Counted from the first letter of the stretch, positions 1-11,071 are shown. The stretch is 64,000 nucleotides of DNA from an uncultured delta proteobacterium (GCA_963828255.1 CAWHDZ010000010.1:1-64000), one strand, 5' to 3'. Notes: generated from the sequence alone by a model not told the origin. A program made the numbers and translations.

Positions 1-275
1 GGGGCCCGTCGGAGCACGTCGACACGGAGTGCGCCACCTCCACCATGCAGGACGAGCTCGACCGGCACCTCGCCATCGCCTGCAGCTTTCCCGACGTCGT
101 GGCCAACCGGGCGGAGGCGGAGCAGCACCTCGATGCCATGGACCGGTGGGCGGACCTCGCGATCGCCCGGGCAGAGGAGGCCGCGGCCGCCCTGGCCCCG
201 GGCTCCGCGGTGCTCGTCGAGGGTGGGCCGCGCTGCGTCCGGTTCAGCGACGGGAACGAGATGTACCTGCCCTGA
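1..275 (+). CDS. hypothetical protein, 5'-truncated by the window edge
   Basis: Frame open from position 3 to TGA at 273-275 with GC3-biased codons; converges on the next gene. Confidence 0.55.
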   Translation, partial: GPSEHVDTECATSTMQDELDRHLAIACSFPDVVANRAEAEQHLDAMDRWADLAIARAEEAAAALAPGSAVLVEGGPRCVRFSDGNEMYLP

Positions 276-296
276 TCGCGCCGCGCCCCAGACCCC

Positions 297-1025
297 TCAC
301 GGCCTGGGCACCGCGGTGAGCACGGCGCGGCCGTCCCGCACCGCCACCTTGAACTCGACCCGCCTGGCCTTGAACTTCGCGGCGATCTCGGGGATCTGCT
401 TGTTCACGGTCCGTGCAAGGGACTCGAAGCTCACCCTGGAGACGTCCTCGTTGCAGCTCCGCTTCGCCGCCACGAACGACTCGTAGAGCACGCGCATCTC
501 GGCGTCGCTCATGGCCTCGGCCACGGGGGCCTTCTGCGCGGGGAGAGGCGGCGGACGGACCGGGGCCGCCACCGGCGTCACGGCCTGCTCCCCCACCTCC
601 TGGACCTCCGCGGCCTCCGGCGCCGCCTTGCGCTCGGCCGCCTTCTTCCGGGCCTTGAGCACGTCGCGCCGGTAGGTGCCCGCCTCCTTCTCCCGCGCCG
701 AGCGCAGCCAGAGGCGCTCGTAGGAGAGATACCGCGCGTGGAGGGCCTGGATGCGGAAGCGGATGCCGGAGTTGCGGGTGAAGGCGTTCTTCAGGCGCGC
801 GATGTTCCGCTTCAGGTCGTCGCGCCGCCGGGAGGGTTCCATCCGCTCGGCGCCGATGAAGTACATCTCGTACTTCACCTTGACCTCCTCGAGCTCCTCC
901 TCGAGGGAGCCGGCCAGGTCGGAGAGCTGCTCGTTGGCGAGCCGTTCCTTGCCGGTCTCGAACTCCGGAAGGACCGTCGGCCCGCCGATGCGGGGAGCTC
1001 CGGGCTTCTTGGGGGGCAAGGCCAC
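297..1025 (-). CDS. MXAN_5187 C-terminal-domain-like protein (myxobacterial hypothetical)
   Basis: YEMYFIGAERMEP N-terminal region and LYESFVAAKRSCNE...VEFKVAVRDGRAVL C-terminus resemble this family. Confidence 0.65.
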   Translation of the reverse strand: MALPPKKPGAPRIGGPTVLPEFETGKERLANEQLSDLAGSLEEELEEVKVKYEMYFIGAERMEPSRRRDDLKRNIARLKNAFTRNSGIRFRIQALHARYLSYERLWLRSAREKEAGTYRRDVLKARKKAAERKAAPEAAEVQEVGEQAVTPVAAPVRPPPLPAQKAPVAEAMSDAEMRVLYESFVAAKRSCNEDVSRVSFESLARTVNKQIPEIAAKFKARRVEFKVAVRDGRAVLTAVPRP

Positions 1026-1081
1026 GCCCGGAGTCTATCCCCCGCCGGGAGCGGCCGCCAAAATCGATGGCGGCCGGGGCA

Positions 1082-2170
1082 CTAGCTCGGAAGCGCCGCC
1101 ACGGCCTTCCTCGTGGCCCGGCTCCCCACCGCCCAGATGGCGAGGCCGGTCGCGAAGATCCCGATGGAGGTCCACTGGCCGGTACCGAGTCCCATGTAGA
1201 CGCCGCGCTCGACGTCGCCGCGGAAGGTCTCGGTGACGGTTCGCAGGACCGCGTAGAGCATGAGCCAGGCCGCCATCACCTGCCCGGCGAAGCGCTTGCG
1301 GGGGCGCAGCCAGATGGCCAGGAAGGCGAAGAGGAGGAGCTCCCCCAGCGACTCGTAGAGCTGCACCGGGTGGATGGGGAGCGTGTGCAGGTGGTCGGCA
1401 TCGATGAACCGTGCCGGGTTGGCCCGCGCGGCCATCGACTGGAAGGCCAGCGACTCCGGGGGAAAGTGGGCCGCCCAGGGGAGCGCCGGGTCGCAGCTCC
1501 GGCCCCAGCAGCAGCCGGCCGAGAAGCAACCGATGCGGCCCATGAACTGGCCGAAGGCCACCGAGGGGATGAGCGTGTCGGCCCAGGGGAGGAAGGGCAT
1601 CTTCTTCACGCGCAGGTACACGGCCGCGGCCAGGGCGGCCGCGATGAACCCGCCGTAGAAGACCATCCCGCCCTCCCAGAGGGCGAAGAAGCGCGGGATG
1701 CGGCCGAAGCGGGTGGTCACCATGGCGTTGGCGCCGAAGTAGTCGCCCAGGTTCACCAGGATGAACATGACCCGCGCCCCCACCAGCGAGGAGACCAGGA
1801 TCCAGAAGGAGAGGTCGCCCACCAGCTGGGGATCCTGCCCCTGCCGATCCGCCTCCTTCTGGGCCAGCCAGATGGCGGCCACGAAGGCCAGCGCCAGCAT
1901 GACCCCGTAGGTGTGGAGGGGGAGACGGATGGTCTCGTCGAGGACGCCGGACCGCCAGGCTGCCAGGAAGGCGACGAGGAGCGCGCCCACCGTCGCCTTG
2001 TCGGCCCAGAGCGCCTCGCCCCAGGAGGGCTTCCGGGCTTCCTTGCCTTCCTTTCCGGCGTGCCGCCGGAAGGAGGCGGCGCGGCCCAGCACGACGGCCA
2101 GCGCGATGCCCACCGCCACCGCCCAGGTCCATCCGGGCGAGACCACGATCTGGAAGAGAACCGGGAGCAT
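1082..2170 (-). CDS. lgt: prolipoprotein diacylglyceryl transferase
   Basis: Motifs TYG, GAR, WEGGMVFYGG, GRIGCF, HPVQLYE, TETFRGD; multiple TM segments. Confidence 0.95.
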   Translation of the reverse strand: MLPVLFQIVVSPGWTWAVAVGIALAVVLGRAASFRRHAGKEGKEARKPSWGEALWADKATVGALLVAFLAAWRSGVLDETIRLPLHTYGVMLALAFVAAIWLAQKEADRQGQDPQLVGDLSFWILVSSLVGARVMFILVNLGDYFGANAMVTTRFGRIPRFFALWEGGMVFYGGFIAAALAAAVYLRVKKMPFLPWADTLIPSVAFGQFMGRIGCFSAGCCWGRSCDPALPWAAHFPPESLAFQSMAARANPARFIDADHLHTLPIHPVQLYESLGELLLFAFLAIWLRPRKRFAGQVMAAWLMLYAVLRTVTETFRGDVERGVYMGLGTGQWTSIGIFATGLAIWAVGSRATRKAVAALPS

Positions 2171-2752
2171 CTATGCCTTCGCCTTCCTCTCCTGGGGGTG
2201 AAGCAGGATCATGGCCACGCCGACCACGATGAGCGAGTCGGCCAGGTTGAAGATGGGCCAGTAGAGGTCCGGCCGCCTCCACCAGTGCCACTGCACGAAG
2301 TCGATCACGTAGCCGCGCGCCAGCCGGTCGAGGAGGTTCCCGACGGCCCCGGAGAAGACGAAGGCGAGCGCCACCCGCAGGAAGCGCTGGTCCTCCCGGA
2401 GCTTGCGGTAGTACCAGAGGATGAAGCCGAGCGCCGTGAACGTCACGACCACGAAGAAGCCGTGGCGAAAGCCGGCCGGAAGGTTGCGGAGCATGCCCCA
2501 GGCGGCGCCCGGGTTCTCGGCGTAGGTCATCCGCCACATGGGATCCCAGACCACGTGGGGCGGCCGGGCCAGGCCCTCGAGGTGCGTGAGCCCGTAGAAG
2601 GCCTTCACCCTGGCGGCGGTGCTGGTGGCCCCCGCCCGCTGGAAGGCCCAGGTGAGGCGGTCGACCGCCAGGAACTTGGACCACTGGTCGGAGACCACCA
2701 TCCCCGCGACGATGGCGGCGAGGAGCACCCATTTCGCGGAACCGGCCTTCAT
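2171..2752 (-). CDS. lspA: lipoprotein signal peptidase II
   Basis: [30 protein letters not shown] motifs; ATG overlaps the ileS stop (ATGA). Confidence 0.95.
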   Translation of the reverse strand: MKAGSAKWVLLAAIVAGMVVSDQWSKFLAVDRLTWAFQRAGATSTAARVKAFYGLTHLEGLARPPHVVWDPMWRMTYAENPGAAWGMLRNLPAGFRHGFFVVVTFTALGFILWYYRKLREDQRFLRVALAFVFSGAVGNLLDRLARGYVIDFVQWHWWRRPDLYWPIFNLADSLIVVGVAMILLHPQERKAKA

Positions 2753-5520
2753 GCCAGCGCCGCCGTGCACTTGCCGCAGAGGGTGGGGTGGGCCGGATCG
2801 TGCCCGCGGTCCCCTGCGAAGACCCAGCAGCGCTCGCACTTCTCGCCCGGGGCCCGTTCCACCTTCACGTTCAGTGGACCAGGCGCGAGGAGCACCCGGG
2901 AGACGATGAGGAGGAAGGGCAGCTCTGCCGCGGCGTCGCGGAGCAGCGCGAGCGTGTCTCCCTCGGCGGTGATGGTCACCTGGGCCTCGAGGCCCGAGCC
3001 GATGAGCTTGTCCCTGCGCGCCAGCTCGAGCGCCTTCATGGCCTCGGCGCGCACCGCGAGCAGCTTGCCGTAGCGGTCGGTGAGCGCGGCCGCATCGGCG
3101 GGAGCCGGACGGGCCGGGAAGCCGGCCTCGAAGACCGTGCCGGAGGGGCGACCCGGCAGGTACTTCCAGGCCTCGTGGGCGGTGAAGGAGAGCACCGGCG
3201 CCAGCATGCGGAGCAGGTCCTGCGCCACCATGTGGAGCAGCGTCTGGGCGCTGCGGCGGGGCTTGCCGTCCTTGCGCGCGGTGTAGAGCCGGTCCTTCAC
3301 CACGTCGAAGTAGACCGAGGAGAGGGTCACGGACACGAACTCCATGGTGGCGTGGTAGGCGACGTGGAACTCGTAGTCCGCGTAGGCCTTCGCGACCGTG
3401 TCCTGCCACTCGATCATCCGGGCGTAGGCCCAGCGGTCGAAGGGCTCCATCTCCGCCACCGGAACGGCGTCCCGCTCCGGATCGAAGCCGGCCAGGTTCC
3501 CGAGCGCCCAGCGGACGGTGTTGCGGATCTTCCGGTAGCCCTCGGCCAGCCCGTCGAGGATCTGGCCGGAGACCCGCACGTCGTCCCGGTAGTCGGAGGC
3601 GGCCACCCAGAGGCGAAGCACGTCGGCGCCGTACTTCTTGATGATCTCCTCCGGGGCCACCACGTTGCCCACGCTCTTCGACATGGCCCGCCCCTGCCCG
3701 TCGAGGACGAAGCCGTGGGTGAGCACCGCCCGGTACGGGGCGATGCCGCGGATGGCCATGGACGTGAGGAGCGACGAGTGGAACCAGCCGCGGTGCTGGT
3801 CGGAGCCCTCCAGGTAGAGGCTGACCGGGAACTCGCTGTTCCGGCCGTGCTCGGCCACCGCCGCCCAGGAGACTCCCGAGTCCCACCAGACGTCGAGGAT
3901 GTCCTGCTCGCGCCGGAACGCGACCCCGCCGCAGGCGCCGCACTTCTCACCTTTCGTGAAGTGGGAGGGCTCGTGCCGGTACCAGGCCTCGATCCCCTCC
4001 TTCTCGAACTCGTCGGCCACCCGCCGCATGAGCGCCGGGGAGACGAGCGGCTCGCCGCACTTCTCGCAGTAGAAGACCGTGATGGGGACGCCCCAGGTGC
4101 GCTGACGCGAGAGGCACCAGTCGGGGCGGTGCTCGATCATGTTGTAGATGCGGTCCCGGCCCCAGCGCGGGATCCACTGGACCCGGTCGATCTCGGCGAG
4201 GGTCCGGCCGCGCAGGCCGTCGTGCTCGAGGGAGAGGAACCACTGGTCCGTGGCCCGGAAGACCACCGGCCGGTGGCATCGCCAGCAGTGCGGGTAGCTG
4301 TGCTCGAGCGAGGCCTTCGGGTCGGAGAGCAGGTGCCCGGAGGCGTGCAGGTCGGCCACGATCGCGGCGTTGGCCGCGAAGATCTCCTGGCCGGCGTACT
4401 TCCCCGCCTCGTCGGTGAAGCGCCCCGCGCCGTCGACCGGGTTCAGGATCTCGAGGCCGTACTTCACGCCGATCTCGTAGTCCTCCTGGCCGTGGCCGGG
4501 TGCGGTGTGCACGAGCCCGGTACCGGCCTCGAGGGTCACGTGATCGCCCAGCACCACCGGCGACGTGCGCCCCATGAACGGGTGGAGGTACCTCACGCCC
4601 TCGAGGGTCCGGCCCTCCATCGTGGCCAGCACCCGGGCCGGGTCTCGCAGCGCGCCGTCCACCAGCTCGCCGGGCGCCACCGCCGCCAGGAACGCGAGGA
4701 GCAGGTCCTGCGCGACCACGACCGGCGTCCCGGAGAGGTCGTAGGCCACGTAGAGGAGCTCGGGGTGGGCCGCCACCGCCAGGTTGGCGGGGAGCGTCCA
4801 GGGCGTGGTGGTCCAGATGACGAGGCGTGCCTTGCGCCCCAGGAGCCCCGGTGCCGGGAGGTCGCCCACCACGTCGAAGGCCACGTGGATGGACGGGGAG
4901 ACGTGGTTCTCGTACTCCACCTCGGCCTCGGCGAGCGCCGTGCGGTCGGTGGTGCACCAGTAGACCGGCTTCTTCCCTCGGACGAGGTAACCCTTCTCCG
5001 CCACCCGGGCCAGCGCGCGCACCGTGTCGGCCTCGTAGGCGCGGTTCATGGTGGCGTACGGGTCCTCCCAGCGTCCGAAGACGCCGAGCCGCTTGAACTC
5101 CTCGCGCTGCCGGTCGATCCACTTGCCGGCGTACGCGCGTGCCGCCGTGATCACGGCCGGGCGGTCCATGTCCCGCTTCCTCGAGCCCAGCTCCTCGTCC
5201 ACCTTCCGCTCGATGGGCAGGCCGTGGCAGTCCCAGCCGGGCTGGTAGTCGGCCACGTCGCCGGCCATGTTGCGGTACTTGACGATCACGTCCTTCAGGA
5301 TCTTGTTGAGCGCGTGGCCGATGTGGATGTGGCCGTTCGCGTAGGGCGGCCCGTCGTGGAGGACGAAGCGCTTGCCGCCCTTCGCCAGGTTTCCCGCCAC
5401 CAGGTTCTCGAAGGTCTTCCCGGACTCCCACTCCTTCAGGATCTCCGGCTCCCGCTGCGGCAGGTTTGCCTTCATCGGGAAGTCGGTCTTCGGGAGGTTT
5501 ACGGTGTCCTTGTAGTCCAC
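2749..5520 (-). CDS. ileS: isoleucyl-tRNA synthetase (type 1)
   Basis: [39 protein letters not shown]-terminal CERCW/CGKC zinc finger. Confidence 0.98.
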   Translation of the reverse strand: MDYKDTVNLPKTDFPMKANLPQREPEILKEWESGKTFENLVAGNLAKGGKRFVLHDGPPYANGHIHIGHALNKILKDVIVKYRNMAGDVADYQPGWDCHGLPIERKVDEELGSRKRDMDRPAVITAARAYAGKWIDRQREEFKRLGVFGRWEDPYATMNRAYEADTVRALARVAEKGYLVRGKKPVYWCTTDRTALAEAEVEYENHVSPSIHVAFDVVGDLPAPGLLGRKARLVIWTTTPWTLPANLAVAAHPELLYVAYDLSGTPVVVAQDLLLAFLAAVAPGELVDGALRDPARVLATMEGRTLEGVRYLHPFMGRTSPVVLGDHVTLEAGTGLVHTAPGHGQEDYEIGVKYGLEILNPVDGAGRFTDEAGKYAGQEIFAANAAIVADLHASGHLLSDPKASLEHSYPHCWRCHRPVVFRATDQWFLSLEHDGLRGRTLAEIDRVQWIPRWGRDRIYNMIEHRPDWCLSRQRTWGVPITVFYCEKCGEPLVSPALMRRVADEFEKEGIEAWYRHEPSHFTKGEKCGACGGVAFRREQDILDVWWDSGVSWAAVAEHGRNSEFPVSLYLEGSDQHRGWFHSSLLTSMAIRGIAPYRAVLTHGFVLDGQGRAMSKSVGNVVAPEEIIKKYGADVLRLWVAASDYRDDVRVSGQILDGLAEGYRKIRNTVRWALGNLAGFDPERDAVPVAEMEPFDRWAYARMIEWQDTVAKAYADYEFHVAYHATMEFVSVTLSSVYFDVVKDRLYTARKDGKPRRSAQTLLHMVAQDLLRMLAPVLSFTAHEAWKYLPGRPSGTVFEAGFPARPAPADAAALTDRYGKLLAVRAEAMKALELARRDKLIGSGLEAQVTITAEGDTLALLRDAAAELPFLLIVSRVLLAPGPLNVKVERAPGEKCERCWVFAGDRGHDPAHPTLCGKCTAALA

Positions 5521-5642
5521 GTCCGGTCTCTTCTCTTTTCGCGAGGGGATCGTGGGTTCTACCAGCGCGGACCCCCCCGATCAACGAGCCGATCGACGCC
5601 GGCTTGCGACGTCCGGGAGCGCGTCGTAGGCTCGCCGCGACC

Positions 5643-6638
5643 ATGGCCAGGAACGGAACCGGGCGCGCCTCGTCGGCGCCACGGCGCGTCCGCGCGCCGG
5701 CGCCTGCGGGCGGCCGGATCACGGTGGCCATCCTCTCCCGCAACGCCAGGCTCCACTCGACCCGGCGGCTCGTCGAGACGACCCGCGCCCTCGGGCACCG
5801 CGCCGTGGTGCTCGACACGCTCCACTGCACCATGGTGCTGGCCCGCGACCGGCCGAAGATGTTCTACCGTGGCGAGGAGGTCGTCTCCCTCGACGTGGTC
5901 GTCCCGCGCATCGGCGCCTCCATCACCTCCTACGGTCTCGCGGTGGTGAACCAGTTCGACATGATGGGCGTGCCGGTCCTCAACGAGGCCATCCCCATCG
6001 CCCGCTCGCGCGACAAGCTGCGCGCGCTGCAGCTCCTCTCCCGCTTCGGCCTCGACATCCCGCGAACCGCGATGTGCCGCTACCGCGACGAGGTGGCCCA
6101 GGTGGTGGAGCACGTGGGCGGTCTGCCCTGCATCATCAAGCTCATCCAGGGCACCCAGGGCGTGGGCGTCATGATCGCGTCCACCATGGAGGAGGTGCAG
6201 GGGATGCTCGACACCTTCTGGAACCTGGGGCAGGAGATCCTCCTGCAGGAGTTCGTGGCCGAGTCGAAGGGGCGGGACCTGCGTGCGCTGGTCATCGGCG
6301 ACCGGGTGGTGGCGGCGATGCGGCGGCAGGCGCGAACCGGCGAGTTCCGCTCCAACATCCACCGGGGGGGCAAGGCCCGCGCGGTGGTGCTCCCGCGCGA
6401 GTACGCCGAGGCGGCGGTGAAGGCGGCGCGGGTCATCGGGCTCGAGGTTGCGGGCGTGGACATGCTCGAGTCGCGCGGCGGCCCGAAGATCATGGAGGTG
6501 AACAGCTCCCCGGGGTTCGAGGGGCTGGAGCGGGCGACGAAGAAGGACATCGCCCGGATGTTCGTGGAGCACGCGATCGAGCTGGCCCGTTCCCGGCAGG
6601 CCGGGCGCGACTCGCCGCGCGCACGCGTCTCGAGCTGA
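5643..6638 (+). CDS. rimK: RimK-family alpha-L-glutamate ligase (ATP-grasp)
   Basis: ILSRN..LHSTRRL, PRIGAS, RSRDKLR, GTQGVGV, FRSNIHRGG, EVNSSPG. Confidence 0.9.
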   Translation: MARNGTGRASSAPRRVRAPAPAGGRITVAILSRNARLHSTRRLVETTRALGHRAVVLDTLHCTMVLARDRPKMFYRGEEVVSLDVVVPRIGASITSYGLAVVNQFDMMGVPVLNEAIPIARSRDKLRALQLLSRFGLDIPRTAMCRYRDEVAQVVEHVGGLPCIIKLIQGTQGVGVMIASTMEEVQGMLDTFWNLGQEILLQEFVAESKGRDLRALVIGDRVVAAMRRQARTGEFRSNIHRGGKARAVVLPREYAEAAVKAARVIGLEVAGVDMLESRGGPKIMEVNSSPGFEGLERATKKDIARMFVEHAIELARSRQAGRDSPRARVSS

Positions 6639-6689
6639 ATTCCCGGGCGGCCCAGGCCGTCCAAGGACAAGAAGTCCGGAGGCCCGACC

Positions 6690-7586
6690 ATGCGACGAAC
6701 CGCGCTGCCGCTGCTCCTCTTCTCGCTCCTGCTGCCCGGCTGCGTGGTCACCGCCGGGACGGTGGTGCCCGACGGCCCCCCGGGTCCGCCTCCCCCTGCA
6801 CCGGTGGTCGAGGTCTGGTACGGCGGCCAGCACGCGGTTCCGCCCGCCGTGGGCGGCGGGTGGTGCTGGTACGACGGACCCCACGCCCACGATTACTTCC
6901 CCGACCGCGCCGACTGGTACGTCGTGGCCGACGGCTTCCTCTTCTGGCGGGGACCGGTCGTCTTCACCTACTTCGGCGGCCATCCCCTCCCGGGCGGCGG
7001 CTGGTGCTTCGTGGACGTGCCGCACCGGCACGACTTCTACCCACCCTACGGCGCCGGCTTCGCCTGGCGTGGAGGGGGCTGGTATTATGGAGGCTCGTGG
7101 GGGCCGTCCCGGCCGCCGCCGCGGGGCTGGTGGAATTACGCCCCGCCCCGCCCGCCGCCGCCGTCCGCCGTGAAGCCGCCCGCCTGGGGCCAGTACCGGC
7201 CGCCCCCGCCGCCCATGCGCAAGGCCGTCCCGCCGCCGCGCCCCCATGACGACGATCACGGACAGGGTCAAGGCCGCGGAAACGGGGGCGGGGGTCCGAA
7301 GCAGCCATCGGCTCCTCCCCCGGCCCCGCCTCCCGGTCAGCCGCCCGCGCAGCGACCACCGCCCCCCCCGGCGGCGAGGCAACCTGCCGGAACCTCGCAG
7401 CAGGCCCAGCCTCCCGGTCCTGCCCCCAAACCCCCGGCGACGCGTCCGCCGCCGCCTGCCCAGTCCGGGAAGGCCTCCGAGCCGAAGAAGGAAGGGAAGA
7501 AGGACGACAAGAAGGACAAGGACGCTCCTCCTCCCAGGTCCCGCGAGAAGCGCCCGAACGACCCGCCGCCGAAGCAGGTGGACTGA
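6690..7586 (+). CDS. proline-rich lipoprotein with duplicated aromatic His/Cys motif
   Basis: GGAGG SD; signal peptide with lipobox LPGC; Pro-rich tail. Confidence 0.75.
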   Translation: MRRTALPLLLFSLLLPGCVVTAGTVVPDGPPGPPPPAPVVEVWYGGQHAVPPAVGGGWCWYDGPHAHDYFPDRADWYVVADGFLFWRGPVVFTYFGGHPLPGGGWCFVDVPHRHDFYPPYGAGFAWRGGGWYYGGSWGPSRPPPRGWWNYAPPRPPPPSAVKPPAWGQYRPPPPPMRKAVPPPRPHDDDHGQGQGRGNGGGGPKQPSAPPPAPPPGQPPAQRPPPPPAARQPAGTSQQAQPPGPAPKPPATRPPPPAQSGKASEPKKEGKKDDKKDKDAPPPRSREKRPNDPPPKQVD

Positions 7587-7617
7587 TTCCAGAATCAAGG
7601 GCTACACTGCTGGTCCC

Positions 7618-9639
7618 ATGAACCCCTGGATCACCGCGCTGCTGCTCCTGTCGGCCGGCGGATTCTTCGCCTTCACCATGCTCCGCCGGCTGGCCCCTCT
7701 GTGGGCCTTCCGGAAGGACGACCGGCTCGACCGGCCCGGAGAACGGGTCCGTGCGCTGCTCCGCTTCGGCATCGGCCAGTCGCGGTTGCCCTCCCGCGGG
7801 GAGGTGTGGCCCGGGTTCCTGCACGTCCTCATCTTCGCCGCCTTCCTCATCCTGGGTGCGCGGACCATCACGCTCTTCGGGGTGGGCTTCTCGCCCGACT
7901 TCCACCTGCCGCTGCTCGGCCCGGGGACGGTCCCCGGAGACGCCTACGCCTTCGTGAAGGACGTGGCGGTCCTCCTCGCCCTCTTCGCGGCGCTGGCCTT
8001 CATCTGGCGGCGCGTGGTCACGAAGCCCGACCGGGTGACCCGAAGCTGGGAAGGGGTGCTCATCCTCGGGTTCATCGCCGGCCTGATGGTCACCGACGTG
8101 CTCTACGAGGGGGCGGAGCGGCTCACCGCCGGCATGGACTCCTCCCTCGCCTGGAGCGCTCCTGCCGGTTCGCTCGGCGCGGCGCTCCTCTCCGGGCTCG
8201 ACCCGGGCGTCGCCTCGGCCATCGGCGTCGCGTCGTTCTGGATCCACCTCGTCATCGTGCTGGTGTTCCTGAACTTCCTGCCCTTCGGGAAGCACTTCCA
8301 CGTGATCACGGCGCTCCCCGACGTGTACCTGCAGCGCCTCCCTCCGCCCGGGGCGCTCCGCAAGCTCGACCTCGAGAGCGAGACCCCCGACTACGGTGCA
8401 CGCACGGTGAACGACCTCTCCTGGAAGGAGGCGCTCGACACCTACTCCTGCACCGAGTGCGGCCGCTGCCAGACCCACTGCCCCACGTACGTGACCGGAA
8501 AGCCGCTCAGCCACAAGGAGGTGAACCGGACGCTGCGCCACCACCTCCAGGACCGGGCTCCAGAGCTCGTCGCCCTGGCGCGCGCGCCCGACGCCGCGGC
8601 CCGCGAGGCGGCCGTGGCCGTGCTCCCGGCGGTGGTGGGGAACGTGCTCCCCGAGGCCACCGTCTGGGCCTGCACCACCTGCGGCTGGTGCGAGACCGCC
8701 TGCCCGGTGCTCATCGAGCAGGTGCCCCGCATCGTGGACCTCCGGCGCCACCAGGTGCTCGTCGAGTCGGCCTTCCCGGAGGAGGCGGCCCGCGTCTTCA
8801 AGAACATCGAGACCCAGGGGAATCCCTGGGGCATCGGCTCCAACCGGCGCGCCGAGTGGTGCGACGACCTGGCCGTTCCCCGCGCAAGCGAGGGCGACTT
8901 CGAGTGGCTCTTCTTCGTGGGTTGTGCCGGCGCCTTCGACGACCGGCAGAAGAAGGTGTCCCGCGCCATCGTGAAGATCCTGCGTGCGGCCGGGGTGAAG
9001 TTCGCCATCCTGGGCGAGGAGGAGACCTGCAACGGCGAGTCCGCGCGGCGGCTCGGCAACGAGTACCTGTTCCAGATGCAGGCCACGGCCAACGTCGAGC
9101 TCATGAAGGGTTACGGGGTGAAGAAGGTCGTCGCCCAGTGCCCGCACTGCCTGAACACCATCAAGAACGAGTTCCCCCAGTTCGGGGGGAACTTCGAGGT
9201 GGTGCACCACTCCGAGCTCATCGCGCGCCTCGTCTCCGAGGGGAAGCTCTCCCCGTCGGCGGGCCAGGCCTACCAGGGGCAACTCGTCACCTTCCACGAC
9301 CCGTGCTACCTGGCCCGCTGGAACGGGGTCACCGACGCGCCCCGGGCGGCGCTCGGATCGGTTCCCGGGCTGCGCGTCCTCGAGATGGAGCGCAACCGCG
9401 AGCAGGGCTTCTGCTGCGGCGCCGGCGGCGGGCGCATGTGGCTCGAGGAGAAGCTCGGAACCCGCATCAACCAGAACCGGGTCGAGGAGGCGTCCCGCAC
9501 GCTCGGCGAGAAGGGCGGCGTGGTGGCGGTGGGCTGCCCCTTCTGCCTCACCATGCTGAAGGACGGCGTGGCCGAGCTGGGCAAGGAGGAGACGCTGAAG
9601 GTGGTCGACCTGGCCGAGATCGTGGCCGCGGGCCTCTAG
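7618..9639 (+). CDS. membrane-anchored heterodisulfide-reductase-like (FadF/YwjF-type) Fe-S oxidoreductase
   Basis: N-terminal TM domain, CTECGRCQTHCP and CTTCGWCETACP 4Fe-4S motifs, CCG-type domains (HDPC, CCGAGGG, CPFC). Confidence 0.9.
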   Translation: MNPWITALLLLSAGGFFAFTMLRRLAPLWAFRKDDRLDRPGERVRALLRFGIGQSRLPSRGEVWPGFLHVLIFAAFLILGARTITLFGVGFSPDFHLPLLGPGTVPGDAYAFVKDVAVLLALFAALAFIWRRVVTKPDRVTRSWEGVLILGFIAGLMVTDVLYEGAERLTAGMDSSLAWSAPAGSLGAALLSGLDPGVASAIGVASFWIHLVIVLVFLNFLPFGKHFHVITALPDVYLQRLPPPGALRKLDLESETPDYGARTVNDLSWKEALDTYSCTECGRCQTHCPTYVTGKPLSHKEVNRTLRHHLQDRAPELVALARAPDAAAREAAVAVLPAVVGNVLPEATVWACTTCGWCETACPVLIEQVPRIVDLRRHQVLVESAFPEEAARVFKNIETQGNPWGIGSNRRAEWCDDLAVPRASEGDFEWLFFVGCAGAFDDRQKKVSRAIVKILRAAGVKFAILGEEETCNGESARRLGNEYLFQMQATANVELMKGYGVKKVVAQCPHCLNTIKNEFPQFGGNFEVVHHSELIARLVSEGKLSPSAGQAYQGQLVTFHDPCYLARWNGVTDAPRAALGSVPGLRVLEMERNREQGFCCGAGGGRMWLEEKLGTRINQNRVEEASRTLGEKGGVVAVGCPFCLTMLKDGVAELGKEETLKVVDLAEIVAAGL

Positions 9640-9690
9640 CAGCGGCAGCTTCAGCTGCCGCAGGAGCGGGACCACGAAGACGATCGTTCC

Positions 9691-10482
9691 TCAGTTCCCC
9701 GGGCCCAGCGCCCGCGCACAGTCCTCGAGCCGCTCCCGCACCTCCCCCTCCAGCCGGTCGAGGTCGTTTCCCGATCTCGGGTCGGCCCCGACGCAGAGCA
9801 GGATGGCGTCCCAGGGGGAGGCCTCGCGCTCGATCCCTTCGTAGTCGATCCTGCGTGGCACCGGCTCCCCGTCCTGGCCCGGACGAAAGGCCCCGAAGAG
9901 CCCCTCCGATCCCGGCTCGAGCTCCTCCTTGAGCGCGAGGAGCCGCCGGAGGGCCTCCCGGACCGCGGGCCGCTCGAGTTGCCGACGTTCCAGGCGCGCC
10001 CCGGTGAGCCGTCCAACCGCCTCGAGCACCGCCCGCACGAAGGGAACGTCGGTCACCACCAGTCCGTAGAGGTGGGCGTCGGCGCAGGTGGCGTCGACCA
10101 TCTCCGCCTCCTCCTCGGTGAACCAGGAGTGGCTGGGGCAGAGGAAGGTCTCGCAGATGGAGGCGTCGTAGACGCCCTGGTCGCGCAGGTCGGGACCACC
10201 GGTGGCAGCCGGGTGGGCCAGGCACCCCACCCGCGTCCGGCCTGGGTCGAGCCAGCCGAGCAGCGGGCAGACCCGCACCGAGGGGAAGAGCGGTGCCGGC
10301 TCGGACGCGGCGATGCGCCGGGCGGCGTCCCGGAAGGCCCCGGGGGTTCGGGGCACGCCGGAGAGCGCCGTGGTCCGGGCATCGAGCCGATCCCGGATCG
10401 CCTCCTCGCCGTGCCCGTCGCGGTTGTACATCCCGCAGCAGGCGCCGCAGCTCGACGCGGGCCGCTGGCAGAGGGGATTCAC
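9691..10482 (-). CDS. Cys-rich hypothetical protein (CxxCC, YkgJ/Fe-S- or Zn-binding-like)
   Basis: CGACCG, CPLL, GCLAHP, ICETFLCP; GTG start overlaps the upstream stop (GTGA). Confidence 0.7.
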   Translation of the reverse strand: MNPLCQRPASSCGACCGMYNRDGHGEEAIRDRLDARTTALSGVPRTPGAFRDAARRIAASEPAPLFPSVRVCPLLGWLDPGRTRVGCLAHPAATGGPDLRDQGVYDASICETFLCPSHSWFTEEEAEMVDATCADAHLYGLVVTDVPFVRAVLEAVGRLTGARLERRQLERPAVREALRRLLALKEELEPGSEGLFGAFRPGQDGEPVPRRIDYEGIEREASPWDAILLCVGADPRSGNDLDRLEGEVRERLEDCARALGPGN

Positions 10483-11012
10483 CGGCCGATGGCGGAGCGG
10501 CAGCTGCTGCACAGTCCGTCGCCCTTGCGGTCGGAGTCGGCCGGCGTGTGCGACAGGTACATGGCGCAGCGAAAGTCGTTGCAGTGGGAGAGCCCGAGCA
10601 GGTGCCCCACCGCGTGGGCCGCCTCGACCCGGGCACGGTGCGCCAGACGCTCCGGAGAGACCGGGTGCACCTCGTTCCCCTTGAGCCGGTAGACGCTGAC
10701 CAGCGCGCTGCGGGCCTCCCGGTCGGCCTCGCCGAAGACGAAGGGCTGGTCGGGCACGAAGAGGTCCACGTCCGCCACCCCCAGCACCGGCGCGTCCCGC
10801 CCGCGGGGGCGCAGGACCTCGAGCCGCCGCAGCACGGCGGTGGAGTGGTACTGCTGCCGGTCCTTGTTGAAGGCGAACTCGGGCTTCGCCAGGGGTGGGG
10901 CGAGCTCGGTGGCCGGGCCGAAGACCTCTCGCAGCGCAGCCGAGACCTCCGCCAGGACTCCGCGGGGCAGCTGCCCGACGGGCGCGAGCAGGAGGCGCTC
11001 CGGGAGGGGCAG
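10479..11012 (-). CDS. archaemetzincin-like protein lacking the catalytic Glu (start uncertain: CTG 11012 or ATG 11159)
   Basis: AFNKDRQQY, DVDLF, FVFGEA, HAVGHLLGLSHC-CAM-CxxC. Confidence 0.85.
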   Translation of the reverse strand: MPLPERLLLAPVGQLPRGVLAEVSAALREVFGPATELAPPLAKPEFAFNKDRQQYHSTAVLRRLEVLRPRGRDAPVLGVADVDLFVPDQPFVFGEADREARSALVSVYRLKGNEVHPVSPERLAHRARVEAAHAVGHLLGLSHCNDFRCAMYLSHTPADSDRKGDGLCSSCRSAIGR

Positions 11013-11071
11013 CGTCTTGACCTCGGCGCGCTGGTTGGGCGCCCGCGCCGCAGGCCGGGCCGCGTCGGATG

